A stretch of DNA of 20,000 nucleotides from Spizellomyces punctatus DAOM BR117 (lineage: Eukaryota). Shown here one piece after another: positions 17,909-20,000 of the stretch; position 1 is the stretch's first letter, and each line of letters begins with the position of its first letter. The notes under the pieces are model-generated. The model was not told the origin of the DNA. It was given only the letters and a program-made list of their open reading frames with translations, and ran no database searches. The DNA is taken from NCBI GenBank assembly GCA_000182565.2, contig KQ257452.1; one strand, written 5' to 3'. The translations under genes were made by a program, and so were the position numbers.

Positions 17909-20000
17909 CTAAACCGAACATTGAATGTCATTCGTCGTGTATTTGGAGGCAGGTTCGCAATAGTTAACTCCATGGCCCCCCATCTGAGCAGGAGTGTTCA
18001 GATTGAAATCACACCATTCGGGACGATACAGAGTAGACAGGACGCCGTTCCAGCTGAGTGGTGACATGGTCAAATTGAAAAGCTCAGTCGCACGGGTTGA
18101 CCATGCGACGAGACGGATGGGGGTGTCCGCGTTGCGAACAGTAGACTCGGAGGACCAGAAGCGCTCGGCAGCAGCGGCGACTCGAGGGAAAATGGCGTAT
18201 TCTATAACATCACCTTACAAGAAGAGCCAAGAATTAGAACAGTATATTATCAGGCTATGTTTAAGCCTACATTTGATCGTCTCGCTCCACATTGCTGATG
18301 GGAACAAGTACCTCGTTAGAATCATCATTGAATAGTCGATTCGTTCTATCGCATGGAAGCTACGTGATTACTCACCAACTTCCCCGCCAATTACATTGGC
18401 TTTACCTACGTCAGAGAGCGCCGCGGTCGGGTTATAGTCGTACACAGTCTCCCAAGTCTTGAATGGGGCGCACCAGGTTGCTTGAGGGCCGCAGTCGAGA
18501 TAGAAACTTCAAAGGTCCGCGCAAATCAGGCGGCATTCATTTGCCAAGCTTAAAGAGACGACTTACTGCGGATAAGATGCAATTACGGTTGGACCCACTT
18601 TGGCAATTGTATCTACCTCTGCTTGACTATGTATCTGGAAGGCCGCAAGTGCAATCAATTAATGGAAAATAGCCCCAAGTAGCCTTTCCAAGACACCAAC
18701 CTCCCAAGCGATCGTTATAGCATCGGCAGGTAACGCTGGCGTTCCTGCTAATCCGTAATTGATAATGGAATCACTCCAAACCAGCATCCGACGTTTGTTT
18801 TTCTTGACGATCTCGGCTATGCGGTTTTGGAAGGTTTGAATGGTTTGCTGAAATCTCTTGGGACTCCCTTTGAGACCCCAGGAGTTGGCGTTAACCTCGT
18901 CGGCCCCGGTGCCAAGATATGGGCTAGGAAACCAGCTGCGGAAAAAGAAAAGCTCGAATATTTAGCGGCGCCCACTACCAATGTGAACAAGACTCACGCT
19001 GTCATGTCCGAAAGAAACTGGCTGATCAGCTCATAGCTACGTTCGTTCCATGGGTTTATTTGTCCACAAGGCGGTTGGTTGCAGAAGCGATCTGCCTAGG
19101 AATTCGAAGAGCCATGAGTAATTGACACCGTGGAGTAGGAGTCTGTGCGTACCCAACGACCGTTGCATGCAGTTGTGTCATCATCTTGACCGTCCCAGCA
19201 AACGTGATTTGCTCCCATAACAATCTCAGGATAGGCATTTGCCCAAACCTATCATCTCGTGCGATCAGCATTCACATAGCACCTATCGTACGCGATTCCT
19301 GCCGACCGTTGTATGTCCCGGAAAGTCAAATTCTGGGACAATCCTGACTCCTCTGGCGAATGCGTGCGCGACGAGCTGCGCAATGTCTCTTTTGGTGTAA
19401 ACTTTTAATGAACCATCTTTGTTCTTGTATGCACCGACCCGCACAAGTTTTCGGTCGTCGAATTCCCCTATGGAAGCGTAGATTGACGTCAGATAACAGA
19501 TATCCCTGAATCATAAGCAAGAGAAAGTCTTACAGTCCAATGGAAAAGACTGAGAATCGGTAGCATGGAGATGGAGGACGTTGAGCTTTGGGCAGGCCAG
19601 TTAATCTAGGCAACGGTATTGGAAACAATCGAATAAATGTACCTTTGAATAAGCCATTCCGTCAATAATTTTCATAAGCTGGGTGGTGGAAAAGTAATTG
19701 CGCGACACATCGACTAAGAGACCTCTCCAAGGAAACCTTGGCTAGCTTGTTTGAGTGTAATAAATCAGCTGATGGAGTTTGTCCACATCCTGTTACAGCC
19801 TCTCACCGCATCAACAATGTCAACACCAGCGGGTAGAGCACAGGAACCGTCGGCTTCTCGGTACGATAATTGCGTAAGAGTGGTGCTGGCGGCAATCACA
19901 CCAAAGCCAGTGCGGGCCGTGATGTGAACACTGGATGCGCTGACGCTTAACCGGTAGCTCTCGTCAACCTTCTCATCAAAGCAAACTGGAAGTACACAGG
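17909..20000 (-). CDS. GH20 beta-N-acetylhexosaminidase, 5'-truncated by the window; exons >20000-19807, 19741-19643, 19585-19534, 19467-19307, 19248-19153, 19095-18998, 18935-18701, 18634-18567, 18506-18376, 18294-18271, 18213-17909
   Basis: Ten GT-AG introns of 57-81 nt give a continuous frame: DESYRL...TLTQL...DIVDAPRFPWRGLLVDVSRNYF...MAYSKLNVLHLHATDSQSFPL...ARGVRIVPEFDFPGHT...GTGADEV (catalytic DE)...FYLDCG...WCAPFKTWETVYDYNP...VIGGEVAMWSE...IFPRVAAAAERFWS...DIQCSV*. Confidence 0.95.

Noticed and set aside
17994-19520. ORF-track entries at 17994-18335, 18463-18672, 18827-19036, 19056-19271 and 19326-19520
   Set aside because: They are antisense or off-frame readings over the spliced GH20 exons.

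Overview
Eukaryotic, intron-rich fungal-type DNA with short GT-AG introns (56-82 nt in the intact genes). An early-diverging lineage is plausible but is only an inference. Intact genes, spliced by hand where they have introns: the 3' end of a flavin amine oxidase (+), an intronless bacterial-type MBL-fold metallohydrolase (-), a 4-exon TauD/TfdA 2-oxoglutarate dioxygenase (-), an IFI6/IFI27 (ISG12)-domain protein with an acidic 13-aa tandem-repeat tail (+), an intronless GNAT acetyltransferase (+), a 3-exon ML/NPC2-like lipid-binding protein (+), and the last 11 exons of a GH20 beta-N-acetylhexosaminidase (-) that the ORF track misses. Most notable: (i) the MBL gene is bracketed by a perfect 15-bp direct repeat (AGCTATTCACAACTG) and looks like a 1.23-kb cassette inserted just downstream of the TauD stop codon; (ii) a decayed GIY-YIG-like/zinc-knuckle gene resembles a family common in giant DNA viruses; (iii) the ~5-13.3 kb zone consists of frameshifted relics, with the ISG12-like gene as the only clearly intact gene. 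No database searches were run, so family calls rest on recognised motifs.
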